From Macrostomum lignano (lineage: Eukaryota): a DNA stretch of 64,000 nucleotides. Both the position numbers and the translations under genes were made by a program. Below are positions 20,725 through 32,845 of the stretch, in pieces. The first letter of the stretch is position 1. Every line of letters begins with the position of its first letter. The DNA lies in NCBI GenBank assembly GCA_002269645.1, contig NIVC01001840.1:62001-126000 (forward strand). Reading direction: 5' to 3'. Under the pieces are notes generated by a model. It saw only the letters and a program-made list of their open reading frames with translations, searched no databases and had not been told where the DNA came from.

Positions 20725-21222
20725 TCAGAGCCAAGCCATGAAACCGAGGCAGCTGCACGCAATGATGATGATCAACAGGTGCTCGGAGCTCTGGCCACCC
20801 TTCTGCAACGTTGGCGTAGCTGACGGACACACGGTCCACGAGTTCTTGCACGTGGCGGAGTCGAGCGGGCAGATGCCGGGGTGGGACAATCCAGTCGTTC
20901 TCGCTGGAGTGGCTCCGACCTTCCACACGCAGTCGGGGTCTCCGAGCTCTTGACCGTTCGTGAGTCCGTCGCCGTCAGAGTCTTTGCGGCACAGGTCGAC
21001 CGTCCACTGGAAGCCGGCCGCCTTGAAGTCCAAGCCGAAAGGGTTTCTGGCGTTGGCGCCGGCGGGGCTCTGGTGCCCGACTCCGGCCCAGATGGCGCCT
21101 GGCTGGCACGGGTTCGGCACGCGGTCGCCGTTCGGGATTCGAGACTGGAACATTCTGTACGCGTCAGAGCAGCTGAGCAGTGCGGCCAGGGCCACAGAAA
21201 GCAGCAGCGCGGTCGTTTTCAT
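20725..21222 (-). CDS. Temptin-family secreted protein with hydrophobic C-terminal tail (165 aa, intronless)
   Basis: Signal peptide; IPNG..VPNPC, GVGH, NPFGLDFKAAG..WT.DLC..DSDGDG..NG.ELGDPDC.W, TPARTTGLSHPG are hallmark temptin motifs. Confidence 0.92.
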   Translation of the reverse strand: MKTTALLLSVALAALLSCSDAYRMFQSRIPNGDRVPNPCQPGAIWAGVGHQSPAGANARNPFGLDFKAAGFQWTVDLCRKDSDGDGLTNGQELGDPDCVWKVGATPARTTGLSHPGICPLDSATCKNSWTVCPSATPTLQKGGQSSEHLLIIIIACSCLGFMAWL

Positions 21223-21607
21223 TGTGCTATTTGTCAGCAGCTTGAGTTTTTTGCAGTTTAAAACTTTACCATGCTAGTTGCTCCGAGAGTTTCTTTTTAT
21301 ACTGGTATTTTGTTCTTGTTTTCGAGTTATGAAGCAAATGCTAAAAATACAGTAAACAGATGAAAACACCCTGTAATTTCTTAGTATCATCTAATTGGTG
21401 TCTCTCGTATTCTTAGACCTTGTTCTGTCGAGAATTTTTTCTATCGTAGTTTTTTATCTTCGCTTGCTTTGAAGTTTGCTGGCAGGAATTTTGCTAGCCA
21501 AAGGATGCTTGTGGAAGTTTGCTAAGGAGAGAATTTTTATCATAGTCATGTCCAGAGGTATGTGAAGTAGATGGGTCTATATAAGTAGGACTGAGAGCTT
21601 ATAAGTA

Positions 21608-22294
21608 TTGGTTTTTGCGAGCTATCTCAGCCAAGGAGCAAGCAAACTCATCCATCCCATAGATTTCAATACGACGAAGGAGGTGGTTTGAGCCATAGAC
21701 TATCACGTTTTTTCAACCAAACTCATCCAACGGGCGAGCAATCTCAGCCATAGCTTGTTTATTAAGCGAAAAATTTAATTGGTTCGTATATAAGAGACTT
21801 TGTTTGGCAGTCTTTCGTGCAGCTGCTGACACATGGTCTCGAGTGTTGCAAACGGATTGGCATCCACAATGCGAGTCAACTCTTGGCGCATTTCTGCGTC
21901 AATCTTGCTTGATTCCTCCCTTATTCCGCCACGTTGGAGAGCAGCAATTCTTCCAGTAGCTACGTAAGTCCGGATTATATGTCTGGACGTCTTCAGCTTT
22001 ATCCCGAGAATGCGTGAAGCAGTGCTCAAATTTTGTCCATCATTCCATGCGTTGATTAGCTTCTCTCTGTCGGAGTTGGATGTTTGTCGCAACTGAGCCA
22101 TCGGAGGAGGAGGAAAGAAAGAAGGGAAGAGGAAATGAATGGGCAGACAAGCTATGGCTGAGATTGCTCGCCCGTTGGATGAATTTGGTTGAAAAAACGT
22201 GATAGTCTATGGTTCAAACCACCTTCGTCGTATTGAAATCTATGGGATAAATGAGTTTGCTTGCTCCTTGGCTGAGATAGCTCGCAAAAACCAA
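21608..22294 (-). mobile_element. Internally deleted Tc1/IS630-like DNA transposon retaining only the N-terminal DNA-binding ORF (21775-22101)
   Basis: ~150-bp TIRs (21608-21758, 22147-22294), TA on both flanks; ORF has a paired-like double HTH (REKLINAWNDG...ASRILGI...IIRTY...NPFATL) and no DDE domain. Confidence 0.85.
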
Positions 22295-22770
22295 TAGCAT
22301 GAAGCGATAATGACAACTTGCCGACTGACTAATAATTACAATACTTAATTGACCACGTCGAACTTCTTTTTCGATAATACGATAATAAAAATGTAATTAA
22401 TAGTTTTTGACAATCATAGTATACTTCTTACTAACATTTCAGCACGTTTCTGAGAGTTTAAAAACAACTTTAGTACGAGTATTAAAAATGACTAGAATAT
22501 TTTGTCTACTCCAGTGATTGTGGCAAAGTCATTAGCAAATAAAATATGGAAAATAAAATACGGCATTGCTCAAAACGAACGCTACGTTGTAAACTAAGAA
22601 TTAGGCGTCCTAAATTTAGTTCTAATGAGGATTCCTTTCTCTGAAGTGTTGTATGCTAAAAAAGATATTTGACATTTGACATCCAAAATCAAATTTTCAT
22701 TGTTAAATGCTTCTAACTTCTACATAAAACGCTGTTAACATCAATTTGTGAAGTCAATAAGCTGGAAATC

Positions 22771-23050
22771 TTGACATCTCAGCAATTCCGCTCTGTAAGC
22801 CCTGACATCTCAGCAATTCCGCTCTGTAAGCCTTGACATCTCAGCAATTCCGCTCTGTAAGCCTGGATATCTCAGCAATTCCGCTCTGTAAGCCTTGATA
22901 TCTCAGCAATTCCGCTCTGTAAGCCTTGACATCTCAGCAATTCCGCTCTGTAAGCCTTGACATCTCAGCAATTCCGCTCTGTAAGCCTTGATATCTCAAA
23001 AATTCCGCTCTGTAAGCCTTGACATCTCAACAATTCCTCTCTGCAAGCCT
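22771..23050. repeat. 31-bp tandem repeat (ttgacatctcagcaattccgctctgtaagcc), about 9 copies
   Basis: Direct periodicity. Confidence 0.95.
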
Positions 23051-23069
23051 GTACGCCAGTCGAGCCTGA

Positions 23070-23290
23070 TATTGTTCTCTTTATTGACTTCAGGAAGGCT
23101 TTCGACTGGGTCGTGAGGGCCATGCTCCCAAAGGTTTTCCGCCGTCATGGCGCTGTATCATGCATGGCACGAGCGCTGCTGTGCTGACACCAGACGGCCT
23201 GTCGGATTTCTTTGAGACATCCTCTGTGGGGTGCTTTAGGGAGATACGCTTGCGCCGTTCCTGTTCGCTCTGGTTCATAGACTGTGATTC
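23070..23290 (+). mobile_element. Degenerate non-LTR retrotransposon RT fragment (RTE-like)
   Basis: FIDFRKAFD, then frameshifted GVL*GDTLAPFLF. Confidence 0.8.
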
Positions 23291-24014
23291 ATAGAAAAAG
23301 TGAAACTGTATTTCATAGTATTTTTTGGTCGAAACGTATAAGGCAAAATTGAAGTTGAATAAATTTAATAATTATCTTATACAATATTTTGAATCAACTC
23401 AACTTGAAGTCGTAAAAATCGACAATGGCTTTTACTCTCATAAATCGACTCAAATATAAATAATATTAGAGTAAGAACTCCTCAAGCGCTGAATTAGCGC
23501 AATGTACCTATCGAATAAGTGAAAAAATATCCCCATATTTTGGAGAAAACATGAAGTTTTTTATGAGACCTGAATAAATACCAAATAAAGTTACCATCAC
23601 CGTATTAAGGCAACTGCAGAGAAAATACAATGACTAATACTCTTCTGTACTAACACACAATTATATTATCGACAATAAGCAAGGCAATAAAGGCAATAAA
23701 AATGCATGCATAGGCAATATTTTGGGGTAAAATAATACTTGTAGTAGTAAAGCACAATAAATAGTGAAATAGAATATTATAAAATATGGCACACTTGCAG
23801 AGGGTTTAAACATGATGATAGATGTATACATATATATATTTAATACATAAGCTTTAAATGTAGATAGGTTAAACCTGAAGATTAAACAGAAATAATGAAT
23901 ATTCAGTAAAAAAAGCTGTAAAAGAAAAATAAACAAGACCCTTGTTGCCAGGAAGTCGAAGCTCAATACTAAAGCCAGCAGCATATTTTAAGAATGAAGC
24001 ACGTTGATAATAAT

Positions 24015-24755
24015 GTCGCTAAGAGTGTCGATAAGTGTCGATAATATTGTCAACAAGAGTGTCGCTAAGATTGTCGATAAGTGCCGCTAGGAGTGTCGCT
24101 AAGTGTGTCGCTAAAAGTGTCGCTAACAGTGTTGCTAAGAGTGTCGCTAACAGTGTTGCTAAGAGTGTCGCTAAGAGTGTCGTTAAGAGTGTCGCTAAGA
24201 GTGTCGATAAGAATGTCGCTAAGATTGTTGATAAGAGTGTTGCTAAGAGTGTCGCTAAGAGTGTCGTTAAGAGTGTCGCTAAGAGTGTCGTTAAGAGTGT
24301 CGTTAAGAGTGTCGCTAAGAGTGTCGTTAAGAGTGTCGCTAAGAGTGTCGTTAAGAGTGTCGTTAAGAGTGTCGCTAAGAGTGTCGGTAAGAGTGTCGCT
24401 AATATTGTTGCTAAGATTGTCGACAAGAGCGTCGCTAAGAGTGTCGGTAAGAGTGTCGCTAAGAGTGTCGATAAGAATGTCAACAAGAGTGTCGATAAGA
24501 TTGTCGATAAGAGTGTCGCTAAGAGTGTCGCTAAGATTGTCAATAAGATTGTCGATAAGAGTTGTTAGGAGTGTCGCTAGAGTGTCGCTAAAAGTGTCAG
24601 CAAGTGTCGCTAAGATTGTCGACAAGAGCGTCGCTAAGATTGTCGACAAGAGCGTCGCTAAGATTGTCGATAAGAGTATCGCTAAGATTGTCGACAAGAG
24701 AGTCGCTAAGAGTGTCGATAAGAATGTCGACAAGAGTGTCGGTAAGAGTGTGGCT
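24015..24755. repeat. 12-bp satellite (gtgtcgctaaga) just downstream of the SDR stop codon
   Basis: Direct periodicity; same family as 29515-30420. Confidence 0.95.
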
Positions 24756-24787
24756 AGTAAAACTGACTAGAGAATTACAATTTCCTG

Positions 24788-27700
24788 TCAATAGTCGCAA
24801 TCGTCGCCAATGGCTTCAGACACGCAATCATCAGTGTCGAAGGAGTCCGGCTCGAGTCCAACGAGCTTCTCGCTAATCAGCCAGAGTCGGGCGGCGTCAG
24901 AGTCGCTCTGTGCTCGCTTCGACGGCTTGGTCAGCTGGCAATCGCTAGTGAGAGAAATTAGGAAAGAAAGCAGAGAAATGTTTTTGATGCTACTGCTAAG
25001 TAATTGTAAGTAGTCTGTTTTGGCCATAGATATCCTATATTTAATTCTATGTAAGGAATAACAATAATCCTAAATTTACACTTAAGAGGTAAAAGTAGTA
25101 AACAGGCAAGCGCATATTTTGTCACAAATACTACTGCAAAAAGTAGCTGGTATCAGTAATTACCATGCATGTTGTAGAGAAGCTGACAAAAATATGCATA
25201 AAAATAATAAAAAAACTTATTTTTTTTAAAGAAATTTCTCATGCCATCGCCAAAATTATATGATAGAATAATCAATCAATATGAATGCTACTACGTCAGG
25301 GGGAGCAAGACCAGGGGGCAGATGACCTCCCATGGATGGCTACCCCATTGCAGCTGAGTAAATAATCTTAAATGTTGGGGAAGCAGTGCCCAATAGGTCA
25401 GCAGAGCGAATCAATAAACCTTGTTAGTTTAATATGTTATTTAAGCCTTCAAACCAGTGCAGGTACGCAGCTTCAAGCAGGCACTTAGCTTGACAGGGGT
25501 CGGCGAACCCTGTCTCTCGGGTCCTTTGGAGCTACACAATAGCAATCTGGCCTGTTTAAGGCCTCTTCTCAGCTGTCTCCTCTCTAATAATCTCTTGTCT
25601 TTTATCTCCTCTCCTCTCCTCTCCCTTCTCTCTTCTCTCCTCTCCTCTCCTCACCTTACCTCTCTCTCTTTCCTTATCTCTCCTCTCCTCTCCCTTCTCT
25701 CCTCTCCTCTCCTCTCATCTCCCTTCTCTCTTCTCCTCTCCCTTCTCTATTCTCCTCTCCCTTTTCTTCTCTCCCTTCTCTCCCTTCTCTCCTCTTTCGT
25801 CTCCCCTCGCTTCTCAACTTTATCGTCTCTCCTCTTTCCTCTCCTATTTCATCTCTCCTCACTTCTTTATTTCTTCGCCTCTCCTTTCTTCTATCTTCTC
25901 TAGTTATTCCCTCTGACCCTCTCTTCTCTCCCCTCCCGTGACATGCACTAGATTCTCTACCTGGCTAGGAAAAACTCTGCCGACCCCTGGCTTAAAACAT
26001 AGATTAGATTATAATAGGTGACGCAATAGAATAATTGAACCCTTCGCCAAGATCTGCAATCGCATTCCACAGCATGAGGAACAGCGCTTATCAACCACCT
26101 GTAATATCCGCCATTCTGCAGGCGTTCAATCGGCGCAAAGGCGCAGTGCAAACTGGTCTGCGCGCCTTCGACTGGCCGTTTCAGCATTAGCCAAGAAACC
26201 GCGCTAAACACAGCCAGGAAATAGGCAGGCTGATAACGGCCAAGGTTCGTCTGCACCGCGCCTGGGTGAAGGCAATAGGCGGTGACGTCATCGCCTCGAG
26301 CTGCCGGGAGGCGAGAGCCAATCAGAGAAGGCCGAGTGGGTTAGACATTCTTTTTATAGCCTGCACTCGTTGATTATAGGCTGGGCTGAGCCAATCAGAG
26401 AAGGCCAGTACAGGGTGTAGCCATTGAGGCATTGGGGGCTGCGGCCGCGCCCTCCCCCCCCCCCGAACTGCAGGCTGCTTAGACATAACACATAGCTTTC
26501 GGCTCCTACAGCTGGCGCCCCTTGGTGCTGGCGCCCCTTGGTGCTGGCGCCCCTTGGTGCTGGCGCCCCCATAGTGCTGGCGCCCCATAGAGCGCTGGTG
26601 CCCCAGAGAGTGCTGGCGGCCCATAGAGTGCTGGCGCCCCCATAGAGTGCTGGCGCCCCATAGAGTGCTGGTGCTCAATGGAGTGCTGGCGCCCCAGAGA
26701 GTTTTGGCGGCAAATCCTCTAATGATAAATTAGTGGCCCTCAATTAAAAATGCGCCTCTCAACTTGAATAAAAACTCCTGGCTACAACTCTGAGTCAATA
26801 TGGAGTACAAATTCTCTTTATAACCAAAATCACTGACATAAGAGGCGAGCCAATCAGACACAGCCAAGGGAAAGAGTATTTTTACAACTTACTGATAAGG
26901 AAAAGACCACTGTACAGCTAAAATCTCCGCAGCCAATTGAAACAATTGAAACAAACAAAGGAAGTGAAAAGTACAACCAAAATAGTGCATTTTTAACGGC
27001 ATTCATAAAGTAACAAAAAAATCAGATAGGTTAACTTCAACAGAATAGTTTCCTAAATATAATCATAAATTTCTTAATAAATTGCACCTTAAACATACAT
27101 TCCGTTAACTTTAATTAAATGTATCTGACAGACAATATCTTCCCCAAAATTTTTTATGTTCTTTTTGTCATAGCTAACAAAAATGAATTCAAAAATGATA
27201 ACGAAAAGTCTCACACACAACGCAAAAAAATGATCTGTGAAATCTACAGGCATTCTAGCTAACTAAACAACACAGAGACTGACACAAAAATCAAGCGAAT
27301 TCTCACCTTCAAATTTTGAGGCCAACGCTCTGGTGAAAAGTACATTCGCCAGTTTGCTCTGTGAATACGCTTTGAATGGCGTGTATTTGCCTCCAGACAG
27401 GTTCAAATTGTCCCAGCAGATACTGCCCCCTGTTGTTTGTGAAATTGGAGGACTGCAAATTTAGAATGTCCTTGGAAGCAAAAGCAACTCACCTTTCTAA
27501 GAAATACATAAACTACTGTTTACTGACGACTATTAAACTTTCTAAAAGTCGAAGGAGACAGACTTTTCTAAGAAATCGAATTTCCCGAAATTGAAGGCGA
27601 CAGACTTTTCTAAGAAATCGAATTTCCCGAAATTGAAGGCGACAGACTTTTCTAAGAAATCGAATTTCAAGAAATTGAAGGCGACAGACTTTTCTAAGAA

Positions 27701-30700
27701 ATCGAATTTCAAGAAATTGAAGGCGACAGACTTTTCTAAGAAATCCAATCGAGAGGAACTTAAAAACAAGAAGATATCTTTCACAAAAAATAAAATTTGG
27801 AATTGAGAGCAACAGAGTTTTCTAAGAAATCTAAGTTCTTAAAATAGTGAAGCGACGAACATTTCCAAGAAAAACACTTTCCCTGAAACTAGTGTTTAGT
27901 CTATTTTAGTTTCCAAGAAATTTATAGTTAAGGGAATTCAAATCCGTGAAGTTAAGAAAGTGTAGTGATCCGCTAGTTTGGTGTTAGCCGTCGCACTTTT
28001 GTCAGCAGCTTCCCTCGCCCTCGCCCTCGCCCTCGCCCTGGGTTGCTGTCTGCCGCTGGGCAGCCTCCCTCCCCTTTTGCTGCCTGTTCTCTGTCGCCCC
28101 CCTTCTCTGCGCTGTTGCTTACAGCCACGAGCTTCTCTGCTGTGGCCTGCTCTGCGTTTCGTTCCTGTCCTGAGGTCACGCTGGTGGCCTGTTTCCCTTG
28201 TCAGGTGAGCAAGTCACCTGACAAGTCTTGTCTTCTCGAAGTCCTAAAGTGCAGTAAACATGTTTACTGCACTCGTTTGCCCGTGTTTACGGGAGGAATC
28301 ACGTGCTTCGGGGCCCTTGCCTTCTCTAAGGTAATAGGTGACTCATGTTTCTAAAAATAGATACTGAGTCATGCGGCCCTGTGCACTTTACCCGCAGACC
28401 CTGCCTTCTCTAAGGAGGAGGGTGACGTCGTTCTAAAAATAGAACAGAGTCACGTGGTCCGGCGTACACTGTCGCAGCGGGGATTTCCTGCCTATAAATT
28501 CGTGCTCCTCTCCCTTTGGTTCAGTCAAGGATTCTTCCTTGCTGCTGTTCTTTCTTTAGTCTAGTTTTCCAGACTTCGTTCAGTCGTCCATTTATGCTAT
28601 CTGTAATTGGCCTGACTAAACCTAGACGCCTAAGCCTAAAGGAGGCTAACACTGCCTTCCCAGCCACCCCTGAGCCCGGCGGGGATCTGCTGATCAGGAC
28701 GCCTTGTTCATTAATCTGCAAATCTGCACGCTGTGCTGAGTTCGTTGACTTGTTTATTTTGTTCAGACGGGAAGCTCACCTCACCGAAGGCCGAGACCTG
28801 AAGGAACTGGTGGCAGCACTACCTACGCTACTAAGAGCTAATAGAAGGCTTCCGGTTGTGAAGACGGAGAGCCCAAATCACTGTGCTAGACAGCAGGAGA
28901 AGCACAGCTGCTTCATTGGTGGCAGCGGTGGGATTCAAAGACCTACCAGGCCACCTCGAGACAACCCTAAGTACTTCAAAAGCGAAAAATGTCTTGTATC
29001 TGTTCTGCCATACTGTCAAATTAAGAAATTATGAAACTTATTATTACATTTTCTAACTAAAAATAAGCTTACACTTAGCAATATTTTACATTACATCCAC
29101 ACAGCGAACTTAATTAAACCCAAACTTGGTCAAAAAATTAATCTTAACGTTTATCCTTCAGAAAAAAGCATTTCAGAAAACTGTCCCTCCCAACCCGCCC
29201 ACCAGTAAAAGTACAGCGGGGTGAACGGGGGCTGAAATGGGTGCAGTTTTGCTGCGTGGCTCCATCCAAACCAAATAGCATTGCGGCTGCAGAGGCGCTC
29301 TTTAGCGGAAATCGAGTTAGCCAATTAAACTGATCACGCGGCAGGAAAAACCGGATCAAAATTATTATAGCGAATGTTGGCGAATTTTCTAAAAATTATT
29401 CGGTACTGTCATTCGCAACACGGAAAAGGCTGGTTGCTGTATTGAACGCAACGGATATACTAGACTTTGGTTAGACTGTAGAGTGTGACTGAGCTGACAG
29501 TGCAGTTGATACGGGCGGTTGTCGCTAAGAGCGTCGATAACAGTGTCGTTAGGAGTGTCGGTAAGTGTCATTAAGAGTGCGACAAGAGTTTCGCTAAGAG
29601 TGTCGATAAGATTGTCGATAAAAGTGTCGCTAAGAGTGTCGCTAGGAGTGTCGCTAAGAGTGTCGCTAAGATTGTCGATAAAAGTGTCGCTAAGAGTGTC
29701 GCTAGGAGTGTCGCTAAGAGTGTCGCTAAGATTGTCGATAAAAGTGTCGCTAAGAGTGTCGCTAGGAGTGTCGCTAAGAGTGTCGCTAGGAGTGTCGCTA
29801 AGAGTGTCGCTAAGAGTGTCGCTAAGAGTGTCGCTAAGAATGTCGCTAAGAATGTCGCTAGAGTGTCGCTAAAAGTGTCAGCAAAAGTGTCGCTAAGATT
29901 GTCGCTAAGAGTGTCGGTAAGAGTGTCGCTAGGAGTGTCGCTAAGAATGTCGCTAAGAATGTCGCTAAGATTGTCGATAACAGTGTCGCTAAGAGTGTCG
30001 CTAAGAGTGTCGCTAAGAGTGTCGATAAGATTGTCGATAAAAGTGTCGCTAAGAGTGTCGCTAGGAGTGTCGCTAAGAGTGTCGCTAGGAGTGTCGCTAA
30101 GAGTGTCGCTAGGAGTGTCGCTAAGAGTGTCGCTAGGAGTGTCGCTAAGAGTGTCGCTAAGAGTGTCGATAACAATGTCGCTAAGAGTGCCGATAAGAGT
30201 GTTGCTAAGAGTGTCGCTAAGAGTGTCGATAAGAGTGTCGATAAGAGTGTCGATAAGAGTGTCGATAAGAGTGTCGATAAGAGTGTCGCTAAGAGTGTCG
30301 CTAAGAGTGTCGCTAAGAGTGTCGCTAAGAGTGTCGATAAGAGTGTCGCTAAGAGTGTCGATAAGAGTGTCGATAAGAGTGTCGATAAGAGTGTCGATAA
30401 GAGTGTCGCTAGGAGAGTCGGAGGAGGCACTTACACTCGTGCGCCTTGCTGGAAACGGTGACAACACGCGCGCCATTAGCTCGCCTGAGCGGCCCCAGCA
30501 GGAGGCGGGTGAGCAGGAAGTGCCCCAGATGATTGACAGCCAGCTGAGACTCGAACCCGTCCTCCGTGAGCGCCTCCGGGCAGGCCATGATGCCGGCATT
30601 GTTCAGCAGCACGTGCAGCCGACGATGCCGCCAGCAGAATGCCTCGGCAAATCGGCGAACGCAAGCCAGCGAGGCGAGGTCCAGCGGCTCCTCGGCGGCG

Positions 30701-30966
30701 AAGATGTCGGTCTCGTCGGCGCCCAGCTCCCGACGGATGTCGGCAGCAACTATGGCGCCGAGTTCGGGTCGTCGGCAGGCGATGCAGACTCGCGCGAGGC
30801 GCAGACGGACGATCTCGCGGGCGGCGGCAAGGCCGATGCCGGAACTGGCCCCGGTGATCAGGACGAGGCGGCAGCTGCGCTGGGGTGCGGCCTCGATGGC
30901 TGCTCGACCGCCCGCGAACCAGCGTCGAAGGAAGACCAAGCTGGCGCCTTGGTGAATGGTGTACAT
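24788..30966 (-). CDS. Retinol dehydrogenase 11/12/13-like classical SDR, probably NADP(H)-dependent (337 aa, 4 exons)
   Basis: Exons 30966-30435, 27429-27307, 26300-26099, 24944-24788 total 1014 nt in frame with GT-AG sites. TGASSGIG, NNAG, VNHLGHF, VSS, YSQSK, LHPG, RLWLISE motifs; basic CRR after strand 2. Confidence 0.93.
25550..25940. repeat. CT-rich low-complexity tract in SDR intron 3
   Basis: Composition. Confidence 0.9.
26411..26792. mobile_element. hAT-like MITE containing a 16-17-bp ggcgcccc array
   Basis: Ends cagggtgtagcca and tggctacaactctg form an imperfect TIR; 8-bp flanks match only partly. Confidence 0.45.
27540..27960 (+). repeat. Dispersed AT-rich repeat with internal 42-bp tandem units; inverted homolog at 46240-46690
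   Basis: 42-bp unit agacttttctaagaaatcgaatttcccgaaattgaaggcgac; 27805-27960 aligns to the reverse complement of 46240-46400 and resumes after the LTR insertion at 28979. Confidence 0.75.
27961..28978 (+). mobile_element. LTR retrotransposon relic: LTR (27961-28915) + tRNA-Leu PBS + short remnant ending in CA
   Basis: TG...CA LTR with TATA-like ctataaat; PBS TGGTGGCAGCGGTGGGATTC (28917-28936) complements the tRNA-Leu 3' end; 4-bp TSD AAAG; LTR related to 36742-37656. Confidence 0.85.
29515..30420. repeat. 12-bp satellite (gtgtcgctaaga) in SDR intron 1, next to the donor
   Basis: Direct periodicity. Confidence 0.95.
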
Positions 30967-32189
30967 TGTTGATGGTAGATTGTTCATCAACATTGTTCAT
31001 AGTAGAATCTATAGATTGCTACTAATAATTTATTTTTCTGTGATTATCTACAGAATCAAAATAAATGTTATGATAAGAGTTAATTGCTAGTAAGTCGATA
31101 TACTGCAAAAGGTACACAAAAAATGAGGGAATGTTTCATTTTAGCAGTATGTAAACATTGATACATGCCAAGAAATATTAAAATATTACCAAGAAATAAT
31201 AAATATTAAGCACTTTGTATATATTATTACAGTCTGTGTCTGCTATTGTTTATTTGGAGATATTATAATTTGATTTTTTGCTTATGTTTTTAAAGTGAAA
31301 ATTTGCTTAAAAGTATGCTATACTCATAAAAGTTACAAAAATTTTTATTTCCAGTTCTTAGTAGCATAAATAAATTTATTCAAACTTAATAAGCATAAAT
31401 ACATTAAAATCATGTTTAGGGGTATCATAAAATGCTATGAAATTTCAAAACAGAAATTAAAAGAACTAAAAGATATATATATATATTCAAAATTCAATAA
31501 GAAAGCTGAACATGCTACAAAAAATTATTGTCATCATTATACCTGGTGCTCCAACTTATTATTATTATGATTAAGTGTCAGATTGTATAAGTCTTAGTAT
31601 TAAGCACCAAAAATACATATGATATGGCAATTATGTGTGAATACCTAGCAAATACCTGTGAATCCAAGACACATAATAACGGTCTTGTGTTGATTTATTA
31701 GCTCCCATAGCAGTAATAGAGACATGTCTAATAAAGCTTATAGAGGTATGAATGGTTTCTCTGACAGATAGCCGATATTATTGGTTTTTTGGAGACTAGT
31801 AATTAGTCTGTCTGGAAATTTTAGTCGGCCAAATCATCCACTATTCTAAAAATATTTGGCTAAAACTATATTATAATAAATTGATCGAACAAAAGCATTC
31901 TATACTGTTGCTTACAGTATTTCGTTTCTCTCGTTTTCAAAACTAAATTTCCTAGAAAATTATTTTAGCGTGGTCGTACCAAAACACTCATTAAAACAAA
32001 AATACGCGCTATAAGTGCAAAATATTTACTTTAAAATAAACCAAATATCGGTTTTGACCCTATTCACCCATGACGATTTACAGTCAGCAGTTTGAAGCAG
32101 TCAGACTGTCAATTTCAGTCTGCTGTTTAGTCAGCTTGGTTCAACAGAATTTTACAATAGATATAGATAGATAGAAAGACGCTGAAGAG

Positions 32190-32845
32190 TCAGAGACTCT
32201 TAGCGCTGACACGCTTGCGAAAAAGCTCAGAGGGGCAGGAAGTGGCCTCAGGCGGGGTGAGGTGGATGGCCTGAAGGTCGACACTATAGCAGGTCTTTAG
32301 AAGCGTCTCAGTGCGCGCATGTCCGCGACGATATGGGTCGCATGGTAGATTGAGCACGACGACTGCGAGGGGGTTTATTTCCCCGCGTCCGTAGCTGCGT
32401 AGCACATGGCCGAGAAGTCGCTGTCTCCTCGTTCTGAAGATGGAGCTCACTGGCGGGACGCCGGAGAGCAAGCAGCGAGCGCGCGGTTTGACAGCCTTTC
32501 AGGGTAGCGGAGGTCGAGAGCAAACCGCAGCAAAGCTCTGAAGGTGGCGTCGAGAGCTTGGTTGCGAGATTCCGTGACCGGCAGAGCTTCGAGACCGTGG
32601 AAAAAAATCGGCTCCATGGCAGCTCGGAAAATCCTGATTTTGAGTTGGTCAGGCACGGGCGAACTGAAGATGGGGCTCAGTTGCCGAGCAGCTCTCCAGA
32701 CTTGCGCACGACGGTCGGTGACGGTCCTGAACCGTCGTTGCTTGCTGCCCGCTGGGGGGGGGTTTCCCAAACTTAGCGCATCGCTTCGCCTCGCGTTGTG
32801 CCCGGGACAGATTAGCGTGCCCTTACCCAGGATCACAGGCCACAA
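32190..32845 (-). mobile_element. 5'-truncated LINE (RTE-like) 3' end
   Basis: LKIRIFRAAMEPIFFHG...RRQRLLGHVLR...YRRG, frameshifted; short simple-repeat tail near 32160. Confidence 0.8.

Noticed and set aside
26322-26500. Candidate location of the SDR catalytic YxxxK exon
   Set aside because: Stops in the needed frame; the real exon is 27429-27307.
24019-30430. LATLL/SDTL/VAKS antifreeze-like ORFs
   Set aside because: Translations of the 12-bp satellite.
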